A stretch of 64,000 nt of DNA from Octopus sinensis (GCF_006345805.1 NC_043000.1:19034001-19098000), one strand, 5' to 3'. Shown: positions 1 through 13,684, counted from the first letter of the stretch. Notes: a model not told the origin generated them from the sequence alone. Translations and numbers: made by a program.

Positions 1-1937
1 GAGTGTTTATTGAGCGAAAACACCTAAAAGCTCCACGAGGCTCCGGCAGGGGATGGTGGTGATCCCTGCTGTACTCTTTCACCACAACTTTCTCTCACTC
101 TTACTTCCTGTTTCTGTTGTACCTGTATTTCAAAGGGCCGGCCTTCTCACTCTCTGTGTCACGCTGAATATCCCCGAGAACTACGTTAAGGGTACACGTG
201 GCTGTGGAGTGCTCAGCCACTTACACGTTAATTTCACGAGCAGACTGTTCCGTTGATTCGGATCAACCGGAACCCTCGTCGTCGTAACCGACGGAGTGCT
301 TCCATACCTAGATATGTTACATATATTTAATTTACGAACAAATGTATGTACGAACACATCAAGCTAAAAATGAGAACAAAAATCTCTCTCAAATCTCACC
401 CTATTGCTTTAAACAAGGTAAAGTTGACTTCTGTATGATAATTTAGTCGACTCATTTAGAGTGTACCTAAGGCCAAGTAACAGCAGCAACATTTAATGTT
501 ATACGTAACTGCTACATAGTCATCACCCTCAGCTCGAATCAGGACCCCGATAAAAAGGAAAGCTAACCCAACGTTTTGATAGACGAAGTGTACAAAAATG
601 TTTCTTGTACAAAAACGTTTGACGCATATTGCCTTAGGGTTTCCATTTTTCCGAAGTAATATCCAAATCTCTATATATAAAGCTGAAGTTGTCTGTGTAT
701 GGCAGGTTTGGTAGCCTTCAACTAACACTATCTCCTCCGAGACCCTGCGACGCAAGTTGACCAAAGTTGATAGTATGATAGAAGAAGGCTTGCTCTTCCT
801 TTCGTAGAAGAAAAAATTCAAATCGGACAATGTTAACACCAAAAATTATTTACATCAAAAGGTGCTTTTTTCTATGAAAATCCCTATTTTTTACGATTTT
901 TTGACTGCTGTGTCGCCATTTTTCGATGTATTTCAACCAGAAAAAAGGGCGCTTAAAGAGAATAACAAGCTACATAATGTTGTTTATAGTGTTCATGCAT
1001 AAATTATACATCGCTGAAAGCAGCAGAATCAACAGACATTCTAAAAACCAGGAAGAACGTTGAATGTAAGCCATTGGTACCTGCCAACTCAAACGAGAAT
1101 GGACAATATGATGGTGACAGTTCAAATGGAAACATGTACCTGTTGTCATTGTCTTGACACGTTTCAATTAATCACGCGAAAAGGTGTCCACTCGACACCA
1201 GGCCATAATTGATCGGAGGTGACAATCAATCTTTTCCATTTCCTCTAGTTCTTTCCCCCCTCCACCTCCCTCCGCTTGTTTGCTCTTCTTTCCCTTTCCG
1301 TGTCTTCTACTTGAATATCCATCCCACTCCCGTTTTCTACTGTCGTCGTCGTCGTAACGGCTTTTGTTGTCATCATCAATTTAGATTCCCATATATATAA
1401 ATATGTGGAGGCGCAATGGCCTAGTGGTTAGGGCAGCGGACTCGTGGTCGCAGGATCGCGGTTTCGATTCCCAGCCCGGGCGTTGTTAGTGTTTATTGAG
1501 CGAAAACATCTAAAAGCTCCACGAGGCTCCGGCAGGGGGTGGTGATCCCTGCTGTACTCTTTCACCACTCTTTCTCTCACTCTTTCGTCTGTTGGCCTGC
1601 TCGCTTAGCCAGCGGGGTGGCGTCATTCGAAGGCTAAAACAATGCGAACGCATTGTGACCAGCGATGTGTAACAACATCTGATGGTCTGGTCGGTCACGT
1701 GATCACGTGGTCACGTGATATATAAATATATACATATATATGTGTGTGTGTGTGTGTATACACACACACATATAAACAAATATATATATACCGACAGATA
1801 ATATATATATAACCGACAGATAATATATATTCACATATATATTTACATATCAACATTTCTATATTGATGTATGCAATATTTATATATATGCGTGTGTGTG
1901 CGTATATATAACATATATATACATTTCTATCTATCTA

Positions 1938-1977
<40 letters not shown>

Positions 1978-2527
1978 CATCCCCCCACATCGCAACACTC
2001 CGCCCCCACTACTCCACACCCACACCACCACACCACACCACATCACTCCATACACACTGGCACCCACACCCATACTCGTCAAAGTCACTAGCCCCTATCC
2101 ACACACACGCACTTACACATTCTCACATACACACACACGCTCCATCGTTTTGGGCTCATCAATACTGTATTATTTCCCCTTCTTTCAACCTCTTTCGAAA
2201 CTTTTTTTTCTAATCAGTCGGCATGCTTGACCGCTAAATCTACAAGTGTTTTTTTAATTTTTTTATTCTTTCTTTGTTTATTTTCTCTTATTTCTTTCTG
2301 TTTCTCTTCCCGAAATACTTTGACTTTTCAAAACAATGTTACGTTACCATTATTGAATATAAGAAATTTATTTTAAAAGACTTATGACGAAAAGTTAATA
2401 CAGATAAGAATCTATAAATTTATAAATAAAATTCGTACATACTTATATCAATAAAATAATATTTGATAATTTTTTTTTTCAATTCTGACACCATCGAACA
2501 TAAAGTAATCGAAAAAGAAAATCATAC

Positions 2528-2815
2528 CCGTAACGACTATGTTAAAAGTCAAAGTTGCCTGTCCGAATTTGTTACTAGCCGTGCACGAATATATTCCTTG
2601 GTCGTTTGCATTAAGTTTCTGGATGCGCAAATAACCATTTGGCAGTTGCTGTATTCGTGAAGCAGTAAGATCGTTCATTATTTCTTTGCCTTTCTGTTTC
2701 CATGTTATATTTGGCTGAGGAGCTCCTTCTGCCTCGCACAGAAGTGTAATATTGCCGCCCATGGCACCTTTAATATTTGTTAACGCTTTACTTCGGAGGA
2801 AATTGGGTTTGAAAG
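2528..2815 (-). CDS. Cont: Contactin coding exon 12, Ig domain 5 (gene continues beyond the window start)
   Basis: tttcAG acceptor, G|GTATGA donor; 288 nt; AFKPNF...GGNITLLCEAEGAPQPNITW...DQGIYSCTASNKFG. Ig6, FN3 and GPI exons were not found in 1-2527. Confidence 0.95.
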
Positions 2816-3159
2816 CTGAAAACAAAGGATGATGCTCATTATGAATAATAATGTCAACAACAACAATAATAATGGTTTCTGATTTAAGCAAATTTATGTG
2901 GATGGTACTTGTCCTTCTACTGGAATGGTGCTTTATATAATCGACTCCGAATGGATGAAAAGCGAAATTGAACTCGGCGGGGCTCGGACTCTGAGATAGA
3001 CTTTGCCTTTTATTCTTTCGGTTTTGATTAAAAGAAAAGTTGGTACTTTTCAAGAACTAACGTTGATGATATTATTTACATTATTTACATTTGACGGATA
3101 TTTGTCCTCAGATTGTTTGTTGTTAACCCCAAGATTCCGAGTTCGATTCCAGGCAGTGA

Positions 3160-3217
<58 letters not shown>

Positions 3218-3343
3218 CAAATCTTGTCTCCAGTAGTGTCACCACATCTTCAATAGTAACTTTTGATGAACTGTCACATAATAGAGATAACGAGCCATAT
3301 AAATAGAAGTAGTCATTTCGAAATATAAAAAACGTGGCCTTAC

Positions 3344-3613
3344 CTAGTACTGACAGTTGCGCCGAACTGTATGTTGTGCCATATTTATTTTTAGCAACAC
3401 ACTGGTACATTCCATCGTGATGTCCTTTCTTGGCAACATTAATAATTAGTATATTGGCTGATATAACTACATCTTCTGAAGTACGAAGAAGGATTCCGTT
3501 CTTGTACCAAGTATAAGAAGGATTTGGCTTACTGAAGGCTTCGCAGTGCCATACTACTTTGGAATCGATATCAACAAACTGAGGTTTTAGAGGCATGGAC
3601 ATTATTGGTTTAT
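3344..3613 (-). CDS. Cont: Contactin coding exon 11, Ig domain 4
   Basis: ttgcAG acceptor, G|GTAAGG donor; 270 nt; WHCEAFSKPNPSYTWYKNG...DGMYQCVAKNKYG. Confidence 0.95.
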
Positions 3614-4896
3614 CTGCAAAAGAGAATATTACAACTATAATTATAGTTATTTTTGTAAGGGCGGTGGATTGACAAACTCACGGGAGCATCGGTAAAAAAA
3701 ATGCCCTGCGGTGTTTGTTACAGCTCTTTACGTTCTGAGTTCAAATCCCGCCGAGATGAACTCTGCTTTTCATCTCTCTGTAGCGGGGTCAATTAAATAA
3801 AGTTTCAACAAAACACCGGCATAGATGGTATAGACTAATAGTCTTCCTTCACAATTACTGGTATTTAAATTGGAAACATTTTATTATTAACTAGCAGTAT
3901 CGCCCGGCGTTGCTCGGGTTTGTAAGGGAAATAACTATAAAGCATTTTTAGAGAGTTATAGCCAAAAAATAGCATAAAATGCATTAAAAATGGAAAAAAA
4001 ATTATGGTAAATTTTTTTTAAATCGTTGACTCATCGTAGACATTTTTAGAGAGTTACTTCCCTTTATTTAAAAAATATGCGTTAAAATGGAAAAAATGAT
4101 GTTAAATTATTTTTAAAATCGTTGACTCATCGTAGACGCGCGCTAATACCCAGAAGGGCTCTATATGAATCACGACTATAAGATACCCGGTTTTGGTTAA
4201 ACTGCATCGCAAAATGTGGGAGTAGTTAGGAATCTAAATCGAAGGGGACAGACACTCACACAACTTCACTTTTATATATAAAGATAATTATTGTATTAAT
4301 TCTTGTGCGGGATCGTGGATAGGCAGAATTATTAAGCATCCGACAAAATGGCTCGCAATTTTTGTTCAAATTCTAAGTTAAAATCTTGTCGGAGCCAGCT
4401 TTGTCTTTCGTCCTTCCTGGGCCGGTAAAATAAAGTACCAACGAAGTGATGGGGCCAATTTAATCTATTAATCCTTTTGGCCCCAAATTTGCGGCGTTGT
4501 ATTTGTGTTGAATATAGTTATATTATATCTATTGCTATTTAGACGATTGATTGATTGGCAGAATCGTTAGAGCATTATTTGTTTCGGCTCTTTACATTCT
4601 GTGTTCAAATTCTTCCGAAGAAAACTTTGCTTTCACCTTATCAGTCGATAATACTGGTCAACAAAAAAAAGAAAAAAATTTTTTTTCATGGTTCTGGTAC
4701 GATCTGGTCTCAGTTATGGGTAATCAAAGGTGCTGATTCTGAATATGACAACGGTTAAGCCGTATCGGCTCTAGTTTTCGAGAACCAACATATCAGTTTT
4801 TGTGACTCATATTAGGTAACTCATACTATTTTCTCCATGCTACACTTATTATATTTGCTTATTATCAACCGATTTTTTATTTTCTTTTTTTCAGAT

Positions 4897-6013
4897 CACT
4901 CAGTTACAACTAACAAAGGCTTTTATTGTAACAATTCACAATCACTGACTCTATTGGAAAAAATGGAACACCACAAGTGTGTAAATGATCCCAACCGATA
5001 TTGTTATATTTGTGAACTCTTCACTCAAGAAAGCATTAAGAAACTTACCACCAAAGCAGCTAGATTTAACTATAAAGACTACTTTAAAATCTCATTAGGA
5101 GACCAAGAAAAGAAATGGACGCCTCATATAGTGTGTAGATCTATCTACACTTGAGTGTCAATCACCTGAGTGAATGGATGATTGGAAGCGAAGTGCAGGT
5201 TTATCTTTTGCCATACCAATGGTGTGGCGAGAACTCAGAGACCATAGTAATGACTGCTACTTCTGCCTTACAAACATCAAAGGAATAACTATCAAGACAC
5301 AAACTACAATACAATACCACAATCCTTCAGCAATCCGACTAATGAAGAATTACCGGTTCCAGTTCCACCTGCTGAACACGAGCTGAGCACAGATTCCAGT
5401 AGCAGCTCTATGGATGATGATTATCAAGACGAACCGGAGCCAACTGAATTTATACCTATTTCTTTATTACCCACAAAGGGCTAAACATAGAGGGGACAAA
5501 CAAGGACAGACATAGGTATTAAGTCAATTACATCGACCCCAGTGCGTAACTGGTGCTTAATTTATCGACCCCGAAAGGATGAACGGCAAAGTCGACCTCG
5601 GCGGAATTTGAACTCACAACGTAACGGCAGACGAAATACCGCTGAGCATTTCGCCCGGCGTGCTAACGTTTCTGCCAGCTCGCCGCCTTAACTGAATTTA
5701 TACCGTTTAACCAGGGAGCTCTTTTTGATCTTATTAGGGACCCGGGCTTGTCTAAAGAAAAGGCAGAAGTACTGGGACCAAGAATGAAGCAACGTAACCT
5801 GCTGGAAACCGGTGTTCGCATCACAACTGCTTCTCATTGGCATGAACAACTTTTAACATTTTTCAAAATAGAAAATAACCTTTGCTATTGTAATGATACT
5901 GAGTCTCTCATGCAACAACTCTACAAATCGGATTCATACAAATCAGATGACTGCAGGCTTTTCATTGATTCAGGCAAAATACTCTAAAAGCCTTCCTCCT
6001 ACATATTGGAAAT
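4897..6013 (+). mobile_element. Degenerate Chapaev3-like (CMC) DNA transposase fragment
   Basis: KCVNDPNRYCYIC, LGDQEKKWTPHIVC, PMVWRE..DH..DCYFC, LSKEKAEVL, RLFIDS..SLKAFLLHIGN recalled as Chapaev3 motifs; frameshifted and split by a SINE. The 5' limit is approximate. Confidence 0.7.
5457..5689 (-). mobile_element. tRNA-derived SINE family B (Nin/Deu-like core); copies at 19092-19349, 26566-26778, 55104-55696 (+) and 28998-29228, 41317-41547, 59411-59642 (-), plus many relics
   Basis: A/B-box head GGCGAGCTGGCAGAA...GAGTTCAAATTCC, core CCTTTCATCCTTTCGGGGTCGATAAA; TSDs AACTGAATTTATACC (5442/5690) and AGTCAATATTTTCT (28982/29231). Confidence 0.88.
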
Positions 6014-6019
6014 CAGCTT

Positions 6020-6625
6020 CCCCCCGCCACTAGCCCAGAAACAATATAAGAGACGCCACGACAATATAGCAAGGCTCATCCAGTGGACACTTTGCAACAA
6101 GTATGAACTTGACAAAGAAACAAATTGGTACGACCACAAACCCAAAGGCCTCATCGAAAATGATAATGCAAAGATCCTGTGGGATTTTATGATTCGGTGC
6201 TACCATAGATAGAGAAGTCAGACATAGCCTTAATTGAGATAAAAAGTAAACTATGCTAGATCATAGATATAGCATACCCAGCTGACAACAAGGTATGCGA
6301 TAAGGAAGAAAGAAAAGTCGATAGGTATGACAGATTAGCTTGGGAGGTAAAGCAGTTGTGGTCGATAAAAAAGGTGGCAGTGGTACCAATAAATATGGGA
6401 GCCCTGGGAACAGTGAGTAAAAATTTCGAGAAGTACATAGAACAAATAGAGGCTGCAATAAGGGTGGAGTACTTTCAGAAAACAGCACTGCTTGGAACCG
6501 CTCGAATACTCCGGAAGGTGCTCGAAAAATAAGAGGTGTTACCTTAGTTCACTGGTAGTGAACAGCTGGCACTGTAGTACATCTCCAGCGTTAGAAGCTG
6601 TGCAAAGGCAGTAATAATAATAATG

Positions 6626-6686
<61 letters not shown>

Positions 6687-6703
6687 TAATAATAATAATA
6701 TTA
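6020..6703 (+). mobile_element. 3' fragment of an RLE-type (R4/Dong-like) non-LTR retrotransposon with (TAA)n tail
   Basis: QYKRRHDNIA..IQW.LC, KILWDF, IDIAYP, K..RY..LAWEV..LW, VVPI..GALG, QKTALLGTARILRKVL; 3' UTR, then (TAA)n at about 6612-6703. Confidence 0.8.
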
Positions 6704-8567
6704 ATATATGCATTTAGCAATTATATTTATCTATTTTAATCACAATTTGATATGGACATTCAAATGTTCACATTGTTTGTTAAACGGAATTCATGGTCAT
6801 TTAAATGCGTGGTGTTACAAGGAAAAAATGACGTACAGAATATTAACTAATTTTCTATAGGTTTCATATGACATCCTGTAATGCCATTTGCTGTTTGTTA
6901 AATTATCGTCACTTCTTGAATGCAAGCAGAATTTTACAATGTTTTACGATTCGGTAAGAGATGACATAGTAACTCTGAAGGGAGTTAAGGAGATTATCTT
7001 CTTGATTATGTGCGCACATTAACCTATTGGAAGAGCAAGCATATTTACAGATTTTTTTTTTACTTGTTTCAGTCATTTGACTGCGTCCATGCTGGAGCAC
7101 CGCCTTTTAGTCGAGCAAATCGACCTCAGGTCTTATTCTTTGTAAGCCTAGTACTTATTCTATCGGTCTATTTTGCCGAACCGCTAAGTAACGGGGACGT
7201 AAACATACCAGCATCGGTTGTCAAGCGATGTTGGGGGGACAAACACAGACACACAAACACACACACACACACATATATATATATACATATATATATATAT
7301 ACGACAGGCTTCTTTCAGTTTCTGTCTACCAAATCCACTCACAAGGCTTTGGTCGGCCCGAGGCTATAGTAGAAGACACTTGCCCAAGGTGCCACGCAGT
7401 GGGACTGAACCCGGAACCGTGTGGTTGGTAAGCAGGCTACTTACCACACAGCCACTCCACAATAAATAAACTTTGAATGGTTGAGCCAAAAAGAAAGCCT
7501 ATTAGATGTAGCAAACTTGTTTCCCTCAAATCATACCATACCTTCTTAAATAATGAAACAATACTTTTGATAATGCCATCCTATAGACCTGTGAAATGAT
7601 GGCGTGGTCATGGTTGAAATGCTATTAATCATACACATGATAGATGTAATGAATCAGAGCTGATCTAGGGTGAAACGGCAATAAGAAAAATACATTTCAA
7701 CGGACACATTTTATACGAAAGCTAAGAAAACTGCAATAGTTCCAGATGAGAAAGTGTTGGTTCTTTTAACCGAATGCATTTTCTCCTCGGAATAAATGTA
7801 CTATTTTATTTTGTAATTCAACCTTAATTTATTGAGCTGGCTGAATCTTTATCCCAACGGACAAAATTCTCAGCGGTATTTCGTTCTTAGCTTTTTACGT
7901 TCTTTGTGCAAAAATCACCGAGGTCGACTCTGCCTTTCTTCTTTTCAGGGTCGATAAAATAAGTACCAACTGAGCACTGTGGGTGATAAAATAGATACCA
8001 ACTGAGCACTGGAGGGGAGGGGAAGGTCAATAAAATAAGTACCTGTAGAAGACTGGTACCGATGTAATTGACTTAGCCATCCCTTCAAAATTACTGTCTT
8101 TGTGCCAAAATTAGAAAGAATTCTATTACTCAACATCAAATATACTCAAATTGTAGAATTTGGACCATTTTAATTTAAGAACATGAATTGTTATGAGGAT
8201 ATTTTTTCTAGTGTTACCATTTATGTCCATTCAAACGCCGGTTTGCAGATTTGGGAAACGTAGCATTCTGTGTTTTGCATTTTTCGTATTCCATCAGAAA
8301 AAAAGGTTCAGTTTAAACGAAATAATTTCTTGCTTAAGTGTAATAAAGTTATGCTAAAAATCTCTTTCATATCAGCTGAAATTAAATAAAAAAAATTTGA
8401 ATCATGATAATGCGTCCTAATGAATTAGCAATTCAGCCAAAGTTCATCTTTTTATTTTCATGTCTTCTTAGCATAGGACACGAAACAATAACTTAGACAC
8501 CGGAAAGTAAATTTGGTAAATATAACGATTAAAAAAGAAGATAAAAAGAATGTTATATACTACTCAC

Positions 8568-8749
8568 TTTGAAAACGAAGCGAATATACCCTCTCGTCTT
8601 GTGCTATTTGGCTTTGTACAGTACATTTATATTGTCCTTCGTCTTCCCACCTAGCTTCTTTTATGAGCAATACTCGGTTGAGATCACTTAAAATTACTCT
8701 ATCAGAGAATTTTCCGTCAACTTTGCTCCAACTGTAGATCATTTTATTT
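8568..8749 (-). CDS. Cont: Contactin coding exon 10, Ig domain 3 second half
   Basis: ttttAG acceptor, A|GTGAGT donor; 182 nt, phase 2 to 1; YSW...DEGQYKC. Confidence 0.92.
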
Positions 8750-10145
8750 CTAAAATGTTAAAAATAAAATTTAGAAATATTCATAATAATAATGTTATCA
8801 TGTACATTGTTTTGTCTTGGCATAAAACATGGGCTACAGCAAATATTTGACATCAGTGACGTCGCAACTCATTTCTACTGCTGAGTGAAACGGAGCTACG
8901 TGAACAACACGCAACCCCGGTCCGGGATCCGAACTTACAACCTCACGATCGTAAGCTCGACTCTCTAACCACTGAGCCATGCGCCTTCAGTACTACCGAC
9001 TTTAAAAATAAATCATCAAAAAATAAGTCGCCAAAGCCTTGACGAACAACAAAGCATTAGAACTGCAGCAAAGCTTTAGGAACCACCACTACAACTACCA
9101 CTACTAGCCTCACTACATTCATTTCTATAATATCATATCAGTAGATGAAATCTATATGAAGAGTTATTTCATTTCACTGGTGGCGTGGAGAAGGCAGGCT
9201 TGTATGCATGGGCGACTGCTAGCCTTCCACAAACAACCTCGGATGAACTTGTACTTCAGAGGGAAATACCGCAGATTTGCTTGTCAGTTGTTTGACCGTA
9301 ACCAGTTGGCCATGTCTCATAGTGGCTGACGATTTGTGCATCTCTGATCATGAGCAGAAGTAGTGGGGGAGCATCATAGCTATATGTTAAAAGGAATTCT
9401 GAGAGGTTTGGATAATTCACCTCTGGAAACATGGGTGTTTCGTTCAACATCCTTAAACAGTCCTTATTCAGGGACCTTTTGCTCGGATGGGCTACTCAAC
9501 CAGAAGAAAATTCTAACTGGGCCCCACCTGCAAGGTCATGTGATGTTTCTCTTGATATGAGATCACCATGTTGCGCACATATGGTTGTGATGCATGTGCC
9601 TGGTGTACCCTTATCAGACGGGTAGTCATGATGGGTATACTGGGCTTCGTATATTTTACCCCAGTGTCACTGTGATGGCATGCATTGCTCTCTCACTCAA
9701 TGGAAGACCAGCAGTTGCCCATGCATACCAGTTTCCCTTCTCCACGCCACCGATGTTATCCAAGAGAAAGGCAAAGACCGATGCAGTTTGACACCAGTGA
9801 CGACGCAACTCATTTCTACTGCAGAGTGAAATGGAGCTACGGGAAATAGAGTGTCTTGCTCAAGAACACAAAACACAGCCCGATCCAGGGATCGAACTCA
9901 CTACCTCATGATTGAGAGACCGACGCTCTAACTACCGAACCATGCGCCACCAGTACTACCGGCTTCAAAAATAAATCATCAAAAAATAAATCGCCAAAGC
10001 CTTGACGAACAACAAAGCATTAGAACTGCAGCAAAGCCTTAGGAACCACCACTACCACTACCACTACCACTACTAGCCTCACTACTAGATGCCAGCATTC
10101 ATTTCTATAATATCATATCAGTGGATGAAATCTATATGAAGAGTT

Positions 10146-12137
10146 GGATCTTTTCCTTTTGAAAGCCAGATTTTCCTAGTTAACTAAACAATTTGAAACT
10201 TCGTATACTGGTAGAATGTGTCAAAAGAAAACATAATTGTAAACCAAAATGAAAACGGAATTGTAATTTCTAAGTTTAACGTTGTTTAATAATTCGAATT
10301 TTAACCAATGATATTCTTTCTTTCGGCCTCATATTATTTACTGCTTCTCAAAATATTGTTACTGTGACGTAAACAGCTATTTTGTGACGTAGTTAACATA
10401 GCTAAAATGTAAACACCACCGTCCCATATAACAAAGTCCTAAACAGACAGAATAATAATAAAAATACGGCGGGCTTTCGAAATAGCTGTCGAGAATAAAA
10501 TGAAATTTCGATGGTAAATTTTTGGAGGGGTTTCGGTAATTTTCGTCACTCTAAAATACATGTAATTAGCATTAAATCTTATTTTTCTGAAAAATCCACG
10601 TTTTAAAACATTTTAACTGCCCACCACTTCATCGTGCCTTTGGAGTAGGTGTCACACTTGGGATGGTCAAACCTAAAATACCTTTCATCATAGGTAATTG
10701 CTTGGAGTTCACCTTGAGAGCTAAAACTATATATTTGGTTTCGATATAAAAAATAAAATTGCACAAAATTTTGGCACAAGACCAACAATTTGGGAGGAGG
10801 GGTTAATCGATTACATTGACTGGTACTTAATTGATCATGAAAGGTAAAGTCGACGACGTCGGTAACGTGAGGAGTCGGAAGAAATGCCACAAGGTATTTA
10901 GTCCGACGCACGAACGATTCTGCCAGCTTGCCCCACCTCCTTCCTTAATAATATTTCTTTCCCCAGTAAGTACAAGGCCAGAAGCTGATGGGAAGAACTA
11001 GTCGATTGTATTCAACTGGTACTTATTCTATAAGCGCCGCCCGAAAGAAGGAAAGCTCAGCAGTATTCGAACACGGAACGTAAAGATTCGTAAGAAATGA
11101 CGCTAGGCATTTTATCCGATGCACTACCGATTCTGCCAGCTTTACATTATATTTTTCGTCGAAGTTTAACTATGTCACCTTGATGATATATTTTTACGCG
11201 TGGACAAATAATAGAGAGATAATGTGGATCAGATGATATTACATGCTGACAAGGGCTTGGTAAAGGACTGTTAGAATGTTTAGGGATACGGTCCTATACG
11301 TTCGGGTTTCAACCCTCACCGGAATTCAAAACAAGCCGTCTGTTCTTCCACGGTCGAGAAAATACATCGATCAAGTATTGGAGATCGATATAAATGATTA
11401 TACCCTCCACTCACCCCAAAATATATGCTTTGTGTCTAAAATCAATATTACAAATATATTGTTATTGCTATTTAACTCAGGTCATCCTGATAAACCCGGT
11501 TGAGGATCAAAGGGTTCCAACTATGACCAACCTGTATTTTTGCGTCCCCCTTTTTTTCCGATATAGCATCTATGATTATATTAGCCAATGTACCCTTCCT
11601 TTAACCCAGTAGTATATGGTTTTAAGGGGATTTGGGTGTTATTCCTAGCACATCGACGAGCGAAAACGTAGAGGGGCCCTGATTATGTGCGAGTATGCGT
11701 ATGGATGGGTACGTGTGTGTATGTGGGTGCATACAAGCCAAATAACCGGTTCAAGGCGTGTGTCAAACTGAAGAATCAAAGCGTGTGCACAAGTTTATAG
11801 TAAATATATACATTGTATAGAGAAAACACCCCAAGCCTATACAAAAACACTGAATATGTGTTTATTATTCATCCAAAGTAAACGTCACAAAACAGCTGTT
11901 TACGTCACAGTAACAATATGTTTAGACGGAGCAAATAATTTCAACTCAATACAGAGAATACGATTGGTTAAAATTCGCAGATTTAAACTACGTTTAAACT
12001 TATAAAATACATTTTTGTCAAAAAAAACTAGTTGAAATTATTGTTTTCTTTTGACACATTCTACCAGTATACGAAGTTTCAAATTATTTAGTTAACTAGA
12101 AAAATCTGAAAAATCTGGCTTTCAAAAAGAAAGATCC
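10146..12137. mobile_element. Non-autonomous TIR DNA transposon, about 250-bp imperfect TIRs starting GGATC, 8-bp TSD
   Basis: TSD GAAGAGTT at 10138-10145 and 12138-12145; TIRs about 10146-10391 and 11881-12137; empty-site paralogue at 9158-9179; no transposase ORF. Confidence 0.88.
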
Positions 12138-12955
12138 GAAGAGTTATTTCATTTCACTGACGTCGCTAGTGTCATTCGAAATGGGATAAACGTCATAAAA
12201 TGTCTTCTCCTACTTCTAAATATTTCAACCATCGTAAATCAACAAAATATCTTTTACGTAGTCACTCAACCTTCTAGTAGGTTCAGGGACTACGGGATTT
12301 TAGAGAGTTGGATGCAAGAGATAGCATCCGGATCGCTTTTAAAATCATACACTACTGCCTTTCAAAAGGTCATAGGATGTAACCCAAAACTCCATTGAAG
12401 ACATGCATGGAGATGAAAGCAATATTTCAAGGTCATGAAACAATAATTAATGTCACAGTACTTGGCATTTTCAAAGGGCCAGCCTTATTACACTCTGTGT
12501 CACGCTGAATCTCCCCGAGAACTACATTAAGGGTACACGTGTATGTGGAGTGCTCAGCCACTTGCACGTTAATAAATGAGCTGCGACGTCACTGGTGCTA
12601 GGCTGTATCGGTTTTTGCCTTTCCCTTGGATAACATCGGTGGTGTGAAGAAGCGGGGGCTGGTATGCATGGGCGATTGCTGGTCTTCCACCAACAACCTT
12701 GCCCAGACTTGTATCTCGGAGGGTAACTTTCTAGGTGCAATCCCATGGTCATTCATGACCGAAGGGGGTCACAACACTTGGCCTTTCTTTCAGTAATTAG
12801 TAAGCTTCTGTAAGTCGTGGTGCGTATAAGAAATATTTAGAGCTATTTGATATGGTAGAGACTAGATTTTAAATGTTGAACGATAGGATGGAACGCCATA
12901 ATCCAAACAGTTTACCGAGACATGAAAATTTATGAAGAGAACACAAAATTCTTAC

Positions 12956-13076
12956 GAATCATCCGATGATCCTTGAGCAAAACATTCCAGATAGACATCG
13001 TCACCAATCGTAGGTTGGGTTGGGAATGCAGCAATGAAGTCATTGTGAATAACAGGACCCCATTTTCCCTTGGAAA
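12956..13076 (-). CDS. Cont: Contactin coding exon 9, Ig domain 3 first half (ISKGKWGPVIHNDFIAAFPTQPTIGDDVYLECFAQGSSDDS)
   Basis: Not in the ORF track. ctacAG acceptor, TC|GTAAG donor; 121 nt, phase 1 to 2. Confidence 0.9.
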
Positions 13077-13127
13077 CTGTAGAAGAAAACATTGAAATTA
13101 ATAAAGCAAAAAATAAAGAGCTATAAG

Positions 13128-13171
<44 letters not shown>

Positions 13172-13380
13172 TATGTGAATAGGAAGATGAATAATCTTGT
13201 AGTGGATTAATCAAAAGTTTAACCGATACCTTAGTAGCAAAAATCACAGCAGTGAACAGCACGGTTGGAGGTACAACCATCTGGCGTTGCAAACGTGCGT
13301 TGGTGCGGATAATTGAAATTAAAACATTATTGGTGAATGAAGAAATGGAGCTGAACGCAGATTGAACAGAAATCGTTTTA

Positions 13381-13469
13381 TTTCATTCTACACGTGTTTC
13401 GAAAGGCACAAATTACCAAAATCCGATTGAATAATGGGACCATATTGTGTCTTTCTCTTCAGGAAGAAA
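13381..13469 (-). ncRNA. Type I hammerhead ribozyme, canonical core, sense to contactin (left arm of fold-back 1)
   Basis: Exact reverse complement of 13596-13684; predicted cleavage after 13389. Confidence 0.85.
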
Positions 13470-13595
13470 AAAGGAAATCCGTTGGAAAAACAAAAACAGT
13501 GTGCTCCTAAGAGCCCATGGGCTCTTAGGAGCACAGTTCGATTTGTTTTTTGCTCTGCCTCTGTTCTGTTTTTGTTTTTCCAACGGATTTCCTTT

Positions 13596-13684
13596 TTTCT
13601 TCCTGAAGAGAAAGACACAATATGGTCCCATTATTCAATCGGATTTTGGTAATTTGTGCCTTTCGAAACACGTGTAGAATGAAA
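13596..13684 (+). ncRNA. Type I hammerhead ribozyme, canonical core (right arm of fold-back 1)
   Basis: CUGAAGA 13603-13609; stem II GAAAGACACAA/UUGUGCCUUUC (10 of 11 bp); GAAA 13665-13668; palindromic stem III ACACGUGU; GUA site ending 13676; stem I UUCUUC/GAAUGAA with one bulge. Confidence 0.85.

Noticed and set aside
970-1167. ORF as the next contactin (Ig6) exon
   Set aside because: No Ig cysteine/tryptophan pattern and no convincing phase-1 junctions.
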